DNA of 64,000 nucleotides, taken from positions 1,280,001 to 1,344,000 of the forward strand of contig CAXXQS010000002.1 of assembly GCA_963674735.2 (NCBI GenBank). Reading direction: 5' to 3'. Shown piece after piece: positions 9,636 through 18,346 of this stretch. Under the pieces are notes generated by a model that saw only the letters and a list, made by a program, of their open reading frames with translations, was not told the DNA's origin and searched no databases. Made by a program: the position numbers and the translations under genes. Position 1 is the first letter of the stretch. Each line of letters starts with the position of its first letter. The stretch is from Myxococcota bacterium (GTDB taxonomy: Bacteria > Myxococcota_A > SURF-8).

Positions 9636-12187
9636 CCCACCTCCTCGGATGCCGTGGGCAGGCAATCGGTATCCGATTCCAGATCGGCCGGTCGATAGCC
9701 GAGCGGCATATGCGCGAGAAATTCCTTGATCTGGCGACCCGAACCGCTGCGAATCAAATCGCGCAATTCATCGAGTGAGCGGCGGATGGCCATGGTATCG
9801 ATGGGGCGCGAGGGGGCGATGAGGATTTTGTCGATCTCGGTTTTCGATACGCCGTTTTCTTTGGTCAGGCTCGGTTCGTGCAAACGTTCGCCGGAACGCA
9901 AGCCGGTTTCCGTAATCGTTGCGCTCTGGCGCGTATGACCCGACAGATACACCAGATCCTCGGCCAGTTCGGCAATGGGGATGGGCTCGCCCATGTCGAG
10001 TATGAAGGTGTCGTGGCCCTGCATCAGGCCCGCCGCCACCAGGACCAGGCGTGAGGCTTCCTGCACGGTCATGAAATAACGCGTGGCCTCGCGGCTGGTG
10101 ACCGTCAGCGGAATGCCGTGCTCGATCTGGTAAAGGAACGTAGGCACCACCGACCCGCGCGTGCCGATGACGTTTCCGAAACGTACGCAGCCGTAGCGGG
10201 TGGGGCCGGGAGCGCTACGTCCGAGCACGATCAGTTCGGCCAATCGCTTGGTGGCGCCCATCACGTTCACCGGCTGGTAGGCTTTGTCGGTGGAGAGCAT
10301 CACGAAGCGTTCCACTTCGTAGCTTTCGGCCAGTTCCACCACGGTCAGGGTGCCGAAGACGTTGTTCTCAACGGCTTGCACGGCGTTGCTTTCCATCAGG
10401 GGAACATGCTTGTAGGCCGCCGCATGCAAAACGACGTTGGGGCGGAAGGCTTTGAAACATTCCCGCATGCGCGATTCGCTGCGAATGTCGGCGATGACGA
10501 GCTTGCGTTTGAGTGTGGGCGCGATCCAATCAAGATCGAGACCGACTTTGTAAAGGCTGTTTTCATCCTTGTCGATCAACATAACCGATTCGGGTTTCAG
10601 GCGCACCAATTGTGCCACGAGTTCCGAACCGATGGACCCGCCCGCTCCCGTAACCAGGACGCGCTTGCCTTCGACGGCGGGGCGGATCGTGGCGTCGAGA
10701 CGGGCCTCGTAATCGGGTGCATGCGTGCGCCGGCCCAGCAGATCCTCCACACGGATTTTCCATATCTGGCTGAGGTCGAGTTGGCCGTCCAGCTCTCGGA
10801 AGCGTGGCGGAACGATTTTCAAGCGGGCCGAAGAGTGACGCGCAAGGCGCAGCAGGCGGCGGATTTCGGCGCGGGTGATGGCGGTTACCGCCACGATCAC
10901 CTGTTCGGCGTGCAGCCGCTGTACGTGAAAAGCCAGTTCGTCCACTCCGCCCAAAACGCGATAGCCGAGAATTTCCTGACCTTTTTTGGCCGGATCGTCG
11001 TCGAGCATTCCGATCAGGCGGAAGGGGGGAGACTTTCGGTTGATGGCCTCTTTCACCAACAGGTGGCCCATTCTGCCCGCCCCCACGATCAGGGTGCGCG
11101 GCAGGACGATCGGATCGGTGCGGCGGCTCGACTCCCGTTGCTCGAAGACCACCCGGCGTAAAAGTCGGAGTCCCACCACGCCGAAGAAGTTCAAGAGCGC
11201 TTCGATGGCGATAACGGCATAGGGAACCTGGCCGTAGTGCAGGGTGTCGGGTAGAAGCAGACGGCCTAGCAGAAACACGCTGCTGACCGAGAGAGTGGTG
11301 AAAATGAACAAGGGAATGTGGTCGATACGGATGGAGCGCCAGGGAATGGCGTAGACCCCCGATAAAAACATCACACCCCAGCGCAGTAAAATGACATAGG
11401 GTGTCAGTAAAATCATCTTCTTGAACTGGATTCCTTCGGGAATACCTTCGTAGCGAATGATGTAAGCCAAGAGGAACATCAAGCCGATGACGACCATATC
11501 GAGCAGATATTGAACGCGCCGGTCCAGTTCCACTTCATCGAAAATAACCAGTCCCGGCAGTAAAATCTTGAAAACCGTCAAGAGGATCAGTTCGAGGTCG
11601 AACCAGAAGCTGGCGCGGCGCAAATACTCTTTTTTGAAGCGCATTTTGCGGCGCAGCACCGTGTTGATGTAGAAACGCTCGTGATCTTCGGCGGAGGCCA
11701 GCAGTTCTTCTTCATTGCGGAAACTGACCGTGGCGATATCGGTGAGGCCGGGTCGCAATTTCAGGATGCGGCGGTCGTCTTCGGTGTAGTAGTCGACGAA
11801 TTCCGGCGTTTCAGGGCGTGGACCGACGACGCTCATGTCGCCGCGTACGACGTTGAAAAGCTGCGGGAGTTCGTCGAGTTTGGTTTTGCGCAGAAGGCCG
11901 CCGATACGGGTGATACGCGGGTCTTTCTTTTCCGTAATCAACGACCCGGCCGCGCCCGTCACCATGGTACGAAATTTGTAAATGCGGAAGGAAACGCCGT
12001 CTTTTCCGATTCGTTCCTGGCTGAACAATACCGGGCCCGGCGATGATAGCTTGACCAGCAGCGCCACCAGCAGCATGACCGGAGCAAACAGGATGAGCGC
12101 CACTCCGGCGGAGGCGGCATCGAAAATCCGTTTGGCGATGAGATAACCGCGGCGTTTTTCAAGCGGCGTCTCTTGAATGACCAGCAT
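9632..12187 (-). CDS. Fusion of monotopic phosphoglycosyltransferase (Bac_transf/PglC-like) with membrane-bound UDP-sugar 4,6-dehydratase (CapD/PglF-like)
   Basis: N-term [35 protein letters not shown]; TM block; C-term [35 protein letters not shown]. Confidence 0.9.
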   Translation of the reverse strand: MLVIQETPLEKRRGYLIAKRIFDAASAGVALILFAPVMLLVALLVKLSSPGPVLFSQERIGKDGVSFRIYKFRTMVTGAAGSLITEKKDPRITRIGGLLRKTKLDELPQLFNVVRGDMSVVGPRPETPEFVDYYTEDDRRILKLRPGLTDIATVSFRNEEELLASAEDHERFYINTVLRRKMRFKKEYLRRASFWFDLELILLTVFKILLPGLVIFDEVELDRRVQYLLDMVVIGLMFLLAYIIRYEGIPEGIQFKKMILLTPYVILLRWGVMFLSGVYAIPWRSIRIDHIPLFIFTTLSVSSVFLLGRLLLPDTLHYGQVPYAVIAIEALLNFFGVVGLRLLRRVVFEQRESSRRTDPIVLPRTLIVGAGRMGHLLVKEAINRKSPPFRLIGMLDDDPAKKGQEILGYRVLGGVDELAFHVQRLHAEQVIVAVTAITRAEIRRLLRLARHSSARLKIVPPRFRELDGQLDLSQIWKIRVEDLLGRRTHAPDYEARLDATIRPAVEGKRVLVTGAGGSIGSELVAQLVRLKPESVMLIDKDENSLYKVGLDLDWIAPTLKRKLVIADIRSESRMRECFKAFRPNVVLHAAAYKHVPLMESNAVQAVENNVFGTLTVVELAESYEVERFVMLSTDKAYQPVNVMGATKRLAELIVLGRSAPGPTRYGCVRFGNVIGTRGSVVPTFLYQIEHGIPLTVTSREATRYFMTVQEASRLVLVAAGLMQGHDTFILDMGEPIPIAELAEDLVYLSGHTRQSATITETGLRSGERLHEPSLTKENGVSKTEIDKILIAPSRPIDTMAIRRSLDELRDLIRSGSGRQIKEFLAHMPLGYRPADLESDTDCLPTASEEVG

Positions 12188-12376
12188 CCCTTGTATCCTC
12201 GCTATCCGAAAGCGGCGTCGGTTCCCCTATTCACTCCATGAGAAGTTCGCCTCAATCTAACACAGGCCACCATACTTGGCAACGTGGCGGCATGGCCCAA
12301 ATGGCCATTTCTTGAAATGAGTGTCATTTAGCCGGAAATCGAATGAAATGAAGTTCTTCGATGGCCTCAAAAGCGC

Positions 12377-12405
12377 TTGCGTCGAATGCCGACTCGCTCT
12401 AAACT
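12377..12405 (+). promoter_or_regulatory. Putative sigma70 promoter of the metalloprotease-deacetylase pair
   Basis: TTGCGT-17bp-TAAACT. Confidence 0.4.
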
Positions 12406-12459
12406 GACCGCAAGCTGTGAAGATTCCAAAACCGAACCGAAAAATTCGGAGCAAATACC

Positions 12460-14142
12460 ATGTTTCGCATGATTTACACAGTCCCCCTTCTTGTGATGGC
12501 CGTTGTTTTCATGTCCTTATCTGCTCCGGCTTCGGCCGCAAGCGAGAATATTGGCGAGATTGCGGTGATCGAAGATGTGGGTGGGGTGATCTTGACGGGT
12601 ATGGGGGCTTCGATGCCGAATGTGTACTGCCAAAACGCCGCCTGCGCGTTTTTTCAGAATCACGTGGACGAATATGATGCCTTGTTTATTTTCAATAACG
12701 CCGTCACCAATATGCAACAGGGCTGGTCGGTCCAGAACTTCAACGAAGGAATCGGGCGACCCCTGTTCGATTGGACTTCCACCTATTGCGCCACCAATGG
12801 CCGCTTGCGTATTACCGTCAGCATGGGCAATCTGCGTACCCTGCCTTTCAACCCCGACGACATTGCCGTCATCGTGCCCTTCTATCCACTCACCGGGGCC
12901 GAATTGATGGCGCATGAGTTCGGTCACCACTGGCTGTCGGCCGTCAATTTCGACAAAGGTGACGGCCAGGGCATGCAATGTCTCCTGCGTGGCTACGAGC
13001 CGTCGAGCAGCGGCGGTGGGAAAAACTCGCGGGCCGACGGAAGCTGCAACGGCTATAACACCAATGATTTCAATCAACACTGGTCGTACAACTACAACTC
13101 CTGCTCGTTGATGTACGGAAGTTGCATCGAGGATCTGGGCGGAGGGCAATTTCATTACAGTTATCCTCTCGGTGAGGTGAAGTACAGCCCGCTGGATCAG
13201 TATCTGATGGGTCTGCGTGCGCCGGAAGAGGTGCCTCCCAACTTCGTCGTGGATACCGGCGATTTCGTCGGCACGTCCTCCATTCCCATTTCCCATTCCT
13301 CGGCCGGGGTCGAAAAAAGCGGTGCGCGCGTCGATGTCACCATCGAAGACATCATTCGCCAGGAGGGGCCCCGCAATCCGGCTACCGACAGCTGTCATTG
13401 GAAGGCGGCCTTCGTGTTGATCCACCCGGAGGGACAACCTCCCACCGATCTGGATCTGCAACAGATGGAGGCCTATCGTCAACGCTGGGAGAGTTTTTAC
13501 GATTGGGCCACCGATGAGCGGGGTTCTTTCGATACAACCTTGGATGGTTGCGGAATCGGCACCGACACCTGTGCGGGCGAAACCTCGTCCCAATGTGGTG
13601 CGGTGGGCGACTGCAGCGAGGGGGATTACCGCTGTGCCGGACTGGCGGTGGTTCAGGTTTGTAGTCAGGGGGAATGGATTTTCTCCGAGGAATGCGGGAC
13701 CGGGTTCGACTGCAAAGACGGAGTTTGCGAACCCGAAGCCGTCGATGGGGACAATCCGACCGATGGGGATTGGCGCGCCGATGGCGATGACCCGACCGAC
13801 GGCGACAAAGCGACCGATGGCGACGATCCGATTGACGGCGATGTGCCGATGGACGGCGACGAGAATGAAGACGGCGATCTGTCCGGTGACGATATGCCTT
13901 ACGATCGCGTATGCGTGCCCGATGAAACACGCTGCAATGTCGCTGTTTGGCAACGGTGCTCCAAGTCGGGCGGGGCCTGGCTGGACGTCGATACCTGTTC
14001 GAGCGCCGAGGCTTGCCAGCCGATAAGCGGCTGTGAGGACGAAGCGGGCGACAGCGGCTGCGGCAGCCTTTCCGGTTCCGGTCCTATCGCTTTGTTGTTA
14101 TTGATGATTATCGGAATTCGTCTGCGGCGGCGAGCATGCTGA
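12460..14142 (+). CDS. Secreted zinc metalloprotease-like surface protein with Cys modules, DGD repeats and MYXO-CTERM-like tail
   Basis: Signal peptide; HEFGH zincin motif; downstream HWS and YSPLDQYLMGL; C-term SGCG..PIALLLLMIIGIRLRRR. Confidence 0.75.
   Translation: MFRMIYTVPLLVMAVVFMSLSAPASAASENIGEIAVIEDVGGVILTGMGASMPNVYCQNAACAFFQNHVDEYDALFIFNNAVTNMQQGWSVQNFNEGIGRPLFDWTSTYCATNGRLRITVSMGNLRTLPFNPDDIAVIVPFYPLTGAELMAHEFGHHWLSAVNFDKGDGQGMQCLLRGYEPSSSGGGKNSRADGSCNGYNTNDFNQHWSYNYNSCSLMYGSCIEDLGGGQFHYSYPLGEVKYSPLDQYLMGLRAPEEVPPNFVVDTGDFVGTSSIPISHSSAGVEKSGARVDVTIEDIIRQEGPRNPATDSCHWKAAFVLIHPEGQPPTDLDLQQMEAYRQRWESFYDWATDERGSFDTTLDGCGIGTDTCAGETSSQCGAVGDCSEGDYRCAGLAVVQVCSQGEWIFSEECGTGFDCKDGVCEPEAVDGDNPTDGDWRADGDDPTDGDKATDGDDPIDGDVPMDGDENEDGDLSGDDMPYDRVCVPDETRCNVAVWQRCSKSGGAWLDVDTCSSAEACQPISGCEDEAGDSGCGSLSGSGPIALLLLMIIGIRLRRRAC
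13744..13887 (+). repeat. 18-bp (DGDxxx) tandem repeat, 8 copies
   Basis: DGDNPT DGDWRA DGDDPT DGDKAT DGDDPI DGDVPM DGDENE DGDLSG. Confidence 0.9.
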
Positions 14143-14921
14143 TTCTGGCCTATCACGATCTCGATGACCCCGCTTTTCCAAACGAGAAACGCGGTACGGA
14201 AGCCTATCATTACGTGCTGGATCTCGCCGTTTTCACCGCTCACATGCAGGCTCTGTACGACAGCGGTCGTCCGGTTTTCACCGCACCCGATCTCCTGGCC
14301 TACGCGGCGCAAGGCAAACCGATACCCAACGAAGCGGTGGGGTTGACCTTCGATGACGGGCACGCGTCATTTTTCGAACTGGCGCGGCCGGTGCTCAAGC
14401 GTTTCGGTTTTTTGGCCGATGTCTTTCAAGTAACCGACTTCATAGGCCAATCTCATTATCATGGTCCGGACCAGCTTGTGCGACTCAAGGACGAGGGTTT
14501 CGCCATCGGCTCCCATGGCGCTTCTCACCAACCGCTGACCGGACTCGGCCGGGCGGAGCTGTCCGACGAGCTGTCCCGTTCACGAAATAAGCTATCTGAT
14601 TTACTGGGAGATTGTATTTCTTTCGCTTATCCGCACGGGGCCATGAATCGTCTGACCCAACGCGCTCTGAAGGCGGCCGGTTACCAGGCCGTATATACCT
14701 CCGAACCGGGTTTGGTGGGGAATTTCCCGAACTTTGCCGTTCTTAAGCGTGTGGCTCTGACGCGCGCCACCGATATGGAGAGCTTCCGGCGTTTGCTGGC
14801 TGACGATCCGGTCTTGCTGCGGCGTCTCCGTCTGCGTCGCCTCGCCCTTGAAAGCGCCAAACGGGTGATGGGTGCACAGCTTTACCGCGGCTTGCGCGAA
14901 CATCTGGTGCACACCCGCTAA
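14136..14921 (+). CDS. Polysaccharide deacetylase (NodB/CE4 family)
   Basis: ILAYH, LTFDDG, IGSHGASH, FAYPHG; overlaps the upstream gene by 7 nt. Confidence 0.9.
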   Translation: MLILAYHDLDDPAFPNEKRGTEAYHYVLDLAVFTAHMQALYDSGRPVFTAPDLLAYAAQGKPIPNEAVGLTFDDGHASFFELARPVLKRFGFLADVFQVTDFIGQSHYHGPDQLVRLKDEGFAIGSHGASHQPLTGLGRAELSDELSRSRNKLSDLLGDCISFAYPHGAMNRLTQRALKAAGYQAVYTSEPGLVGNFPNFAVLKRVALTRATDMESFRRLLADDPVLLRRLRLRRLALESAKRVMGAQLYRGLREHLVHTR

Positions 14922-14985
14922 CATTGAGTTCGGCCCTTCTCGATCTTGACTTCGATTCCGCCAAGGATACCACCGAAAACCCAAT

Positions 14986-15012
14986 AAAAAACGGCGGCTT
15001 GAAAGCCGCCGT
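14986..15012 (-). terminator. Intrinsic terminator after the PPIase gene (possibly bidirectional)
   Basis: ACGGCGGCTT/AAGCCGCCGT inverted repeat with T run on the minus strand. Confidence 0.8.
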
Positions 15013-15032
15013 CGTTGAGTGGTCAGGTTTGC

Positions 15033-16262
15033 TTAGTGACCCTTGGGGGGCATTTTCTGCATCTGGGGCATGCCGGGGGGTGGGGTGGCCTTTTCCGGGT
15101 CCGTGCGCATCAGGACGTGGAATCCATAGGCCGACTTGACCGGTCCGGCGACTTCGTCCACTTTCACTTTGGTCAGCGCTTCTTCGATGCTGGGCAGCAT
15201 GTTTCCCTGTTCCCACACACCGAGCGCTCCGGCGTTCATGATGGCACTGGGATCCTCGCTGCGGCGCATGGCCAGTTTGGCGAAATCGGCCCCCTCTTTT
15301 TTGGCTTCCGCGATGATTTCCTCGGCCAACTTTTTGGCTTCCGCCTCGTTTCGCGTAATCGATTCCGGAGCGTTTTCAGCACCCTTGAACTGGATCAGGA
15401 TGTGTGAAGCGGCCATTTTGGGGCCGTGTACCGGTTCGAGGCGCTGGAAAATGTGGAAACCGAAAGGCGTTTCGACGACGTCGCCCACTTGCCCGACTTT
15501 GAGAGCCAGTACGGCTTTATCCAAATCGGGCAACATGCCTTCACCGGTGGTCCAGATCGGCATTTTCACGCGCGGATCATCGGAATTCTCTTTAGCGACG
15601 GTCTCGAAGGAATCGGGGGCGGCTTTCAACTTGGCGGAAAGCTCACCGGCCAGTTTCTGGGCTTCTTCTTTGCTGCGGGTGACATTGCCGCGCGCCCGTG
15701 CTGCGCCCTTGTAACTGATGAGGATGTGATAGGCGGTCACTTCGATGGAGTCGATGGCCTGGTTGCGGCGGATGATATGGAAGCCGAATCCGGTTTCCAC
15801 CGGTTCCGCCGTCGCTTCGCCGACTTTCATCTTTTCGATGGCGACATCGAATTCCGGCACCATCATGCCTTTTTTCCAGAAACCCAAATCACCGCCTTTG
15901 GCGCCGGTGGGACCATCCGAGAATTTCTTGGCCATTTCTTCGAGTTTGGACGGATCCTTGGCCACTTCTTTGGCCAGATCGGTGGCCAGCTTCTGGGCTT
16001 CTTCTTTGCTGCGGGTGACCGTTTCGGCGGCGCGCATGGCCCCTTTATAGGCGATCAGGATATGCGATCCCGCCAGAGTCGGGGGCTTTTGGGTTTCGCC
16101 CATGTTGATTTCCTGGGCCGGTTTTTCAGCCGCAGCGGTATCGGCGACGGCTTCGGCGGCATCGGCGGCGGTGTCGGTTTGATTCTTGTCGCAACCGAAA
16201 GCGCAAACTGCCAGCAGTCCGGCTAGCAGTAAAATGACGGTTATACGGTGAGTGGTTGACAT
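15033..16262 (-). CDS. Lipoprotein peptidyl-prolyl isomerase with three parvulin (rotamase) domains
   Basis: Lipobox AFGC; three HILI..KGA..RSKEEA-type units, each ending in a GFH motif. Confidence 0.9.
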   Translation of the reverse strand: MSTTHRITVILLLAGLLAVCAFGCDKNQTDTAADAAEAVADTAAAEKPAQEINMGETQKPPTLAGSHILIAYKGAMRAAETVTRSKEEAQKLATDLAKEVAKDPSKLEEMAKKFSDGPTGAKGGDLGFWKKGMMVPEFDVAIEKMKVGEATAEPVETGFGFHIIRRNQAIDSIEVTAYHILISYKGAARARGNVTRSKEEAQKLAGELSAKLKAAPDSFETVAKENSDDPRVKMPIWTTGEGMLPDLDKAVLALKVGQVGDVVETPFGFHIFQRLEPVHGPKMAASHILIQFKGAENAPESITRNEAEAKKLAEEIIAEAKKEGADFAKLAMRRSEDPSAIMNAGALGVWEQGNMLPSIEEALTKVKVDEVAGPVKSAYGFHVLMRTDPEKATPPPGMPQMQKMPPKGH

Positions 16263-16337
16263 GTGAAAGTCCTCTCATGAAATAAATTTGGCCACATCAT
16301 GCCTCTTGCGGTCGCGGCTGTCCAGAAAAAGCGACAG

Positions 16338-17207
16338 TTAGCCGGAAATGGTGGCGAGATAGCCGGCCAGAGCGTCGCGCCAGTGCGGCAGACGATCGAG
16401 CCCGGCGGCGCGCAAGCGGGCGTTATCGAGTACCGAATAAGGCGGACGGACGGCCACGCTGCCGTATTCCCGGGTGGTGACCGGCGTCAGGTCGGCCTGC
16501 AATCCGGCCAGTTCGAACAGAGCCTGGGTGAAGGAATACCAACTGCACTGACCCTGGCAGGTGGCGTGCACGATACCGGTCAGATCGTGAACGGCCAGTT
16601 CGAGCACCAGCTGCGCCAAGGGTTGTGTCCAGGTTGGGGTGCAGATTTGGTCGGCCACGACTTTGATGGGACGGCCTTCACGGGCCATTTTCAGCATGAT
16701 CAGGGGGAAATTGTAGGCCTTGCCGTTGGGCGGTGTTTGGCCGTAAAGGCCGCAAGTGCGGATGATGACTGAGTTTTCGCAATACGCGCGGATCAGGTTC
16801 TCGCCCGCATATTTGCTGGCGGCATACACCGATTGCGGGTTGGGGCGGGCCGTTTCGTTAAGCGGCTCGGCCTCCGGCGTTTCATGGAAAACGTAATCGG
16901 TGGAGAAGTGGATCAGGCGCGTTCCGTTCAGTTCACAACTGCGCGCCAGTTTGTAGGCGGCGATGGTATTGACGGCAAATGCGTCCTCGGGGGTTTCTTC
17001 GCAGCGATCGACGTCGTGATAGGCGGCCAGGTTGATCACCGTATCCGGTCGCTCGTCGTTCAAGAGGGTGTCGATGCCGTGGGCGTCGCGCACATCGATC
17101 TGGGGGAAGTCCACGCCGCCGACCCGCTGCTCTTGGTGGTCCTGCGCCGCCCGCATGATATCCGATCCCAGTTGACCTTTCGCACCGATGACGATGGTTT
17201 TCGACAT
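16338..17207 (-). CDS. rmlD: dTDP-4-dehydrorhamnose reductase (RmlD-like)
   Basis: GAKGQLG, STDYVF, YAASK, DQICTPT, RPPYSVLD. Confidence 0.9.
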   Translation of the reverse strand: MSKTIVIGAKGQLGSDIMRAAQDHQEQRVGGVDFPQIDVRDAHGIDTLLNDERPDTVINLAAYHDVDRCEETPEDAFAVNTIAAYKLARSCELNGTRLIHFSTDYVFHETPEAEPLNETARPNPQSVYAASKYAGENLIRAYCENSVIIRTCGLYGQTPPNGKAYNFPLIMLKMAREGRPIKVVADQICTPTWTQPLAQLVLELAVHDLTGIVHATCQGQCSWYSFTQALFELAGLQADLTPVTTREYGSVAVRPPYSVLDNARLRAAGLDRLPHWRDALAGYLATISG

Positions 17208-17221
17208 GACCGCGTTTCCTC

Positions 17222-18193
17222 TCACAGGTCGAGCGGAGTGGGGATGAACTGGCCGAATTGCACCCCGAAGATCATGGCAAAGCCGTCGGCCAGCCGCGCT
17301 TCACCGAAGGGTTCGGCCAGCAAATAACTCATGGCGACCGAGATTTTGGCGAAGCTGGCTACGTTGGCGTCGATGCCGACCATGGGTTGGAAGGCCAGGA
17401 AGGTGGAATGACGGTTGTAATGAGTGCTGACGTTTTGGATGTCGAGCGAGGATACCGACAATTCGGAATCGTAACCCGCGCCGCCCACGCCGAGTAAAAA
17501 GCCCAGGGGAAACTCGATGGTGTCGCCCATGCGGAAGACGTATTCGGCGGTAATTCCGCCATAACCACCCGTTATCCGGCGACTTTTTGATATGGGAAAG
17601 AGGTCGCTCGACAGCTTGAGGTTCTCGCCGTTTTCGCCGAATCCTCCGGCTCCCATGCCGCCGATACGCCATTGGTCGTTGTCGCCCAGATAGGTGTAAC
17701 CGCGACCGCCGAAGAAGAAGCTGGGGCCGTCGAAATCGCCGTAGGCGCTGTTGAAGCTGTTGAAAAGAATCATGAAAATGGGACCGCCGCCCGCCCGGTG
17801 ACGTTTGCAGGCGCAGGCCGTGGTGCAACGCTCGCGACAGGCCTCGCTGACCGGTGCCGCTTCATTGCCGACGAGCGTATCAGCGGGAACGGCTTCATCG
17901 CCGGGAATTTCCTCGTCCGCGTCGGTCTGCTCCGCTTCGGCGGGTTCGTCGATGTTTTCGGGTTCCGCATCCTGGACGACTTCAGCCGATGTTTCCTCTA
18001 CGCCGGTCGGGATGGCTTCCGTCGTTTCTGCGGCTGTGTCGGCGGGCGTCTCCGTTTCAACGACGGCCTCGGCAGTCGGGTCCGGGTCGGGGGCGTCTGC
18101 GGGAGCCGCGGGAGGCGCAGCGGATTCTTGGGCGTAAAGCGGCCATGCGGCCAACAGCAGCAACACGCAAGCCAAGCGGCACAACACCTGCAT
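17222..18193 (-). CDS. Secreted protein: Pro/Ala/Glu/Thr-rich stalk, Cys cluster, C-terminal beta-barrel-like domain
   Basis: Signal peptide ending LYA-QE; low-complexity acidic stalk; CRERCTTACAC; Gly/aromatic strands (GGYGGITAEYVF, FQPMVGID, FGVQFG); RBS GGGAGG. Confidence 0.7.
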   Translation of the reverse strand: MQVLCRLACVLLLLAAWPLYAQESAAPPAAPADAPDPDPTAEAVVETETPADTAAETTEAIPTGVEETSAEVVQDAEPENIDEPAEAEQTDADEEIPGDEAVPADTLVGNEAAPVSEACRERCTTACACKRHRAGGGPIFMILFNSFNSAYGDFDGPSFFFGGRGYTYLGDNDQWRIGGMGAGGFGENGENLKLSSDLFPISKSRRITGGYGGITAEYVFRMGDTIEFPLGFLLGVGGAGYDSELSVSSLDIQNVSTHYNRHSTFLAFQPMVGIDANVASFAKISVAMSYLLAEPFGEARLADGFAMIFGVQFGQFIPTPLDL

Positions 18194-18346
18194 CTCAACC
18201 TCCCGGGAGAATGATGAAAACGGAATCGTCTTGGCGAGCATCATAGCAGACTCGCGCATGCCGGGCAACCGATGGATGTTTGAGTGGGGGCGGGAGTCGA
18301 GGTCAGTGCGGCTGACGTAAGAAGAACAATGCCCGGCAAGTGCTGA

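Noticed and set aside
13744-13887. CRISPR-like periodic repeats, also at 32768-32869
   Set aside because: In-frame 15-18 bp coding repeats with synonymous variation; no spacers and no cas genes
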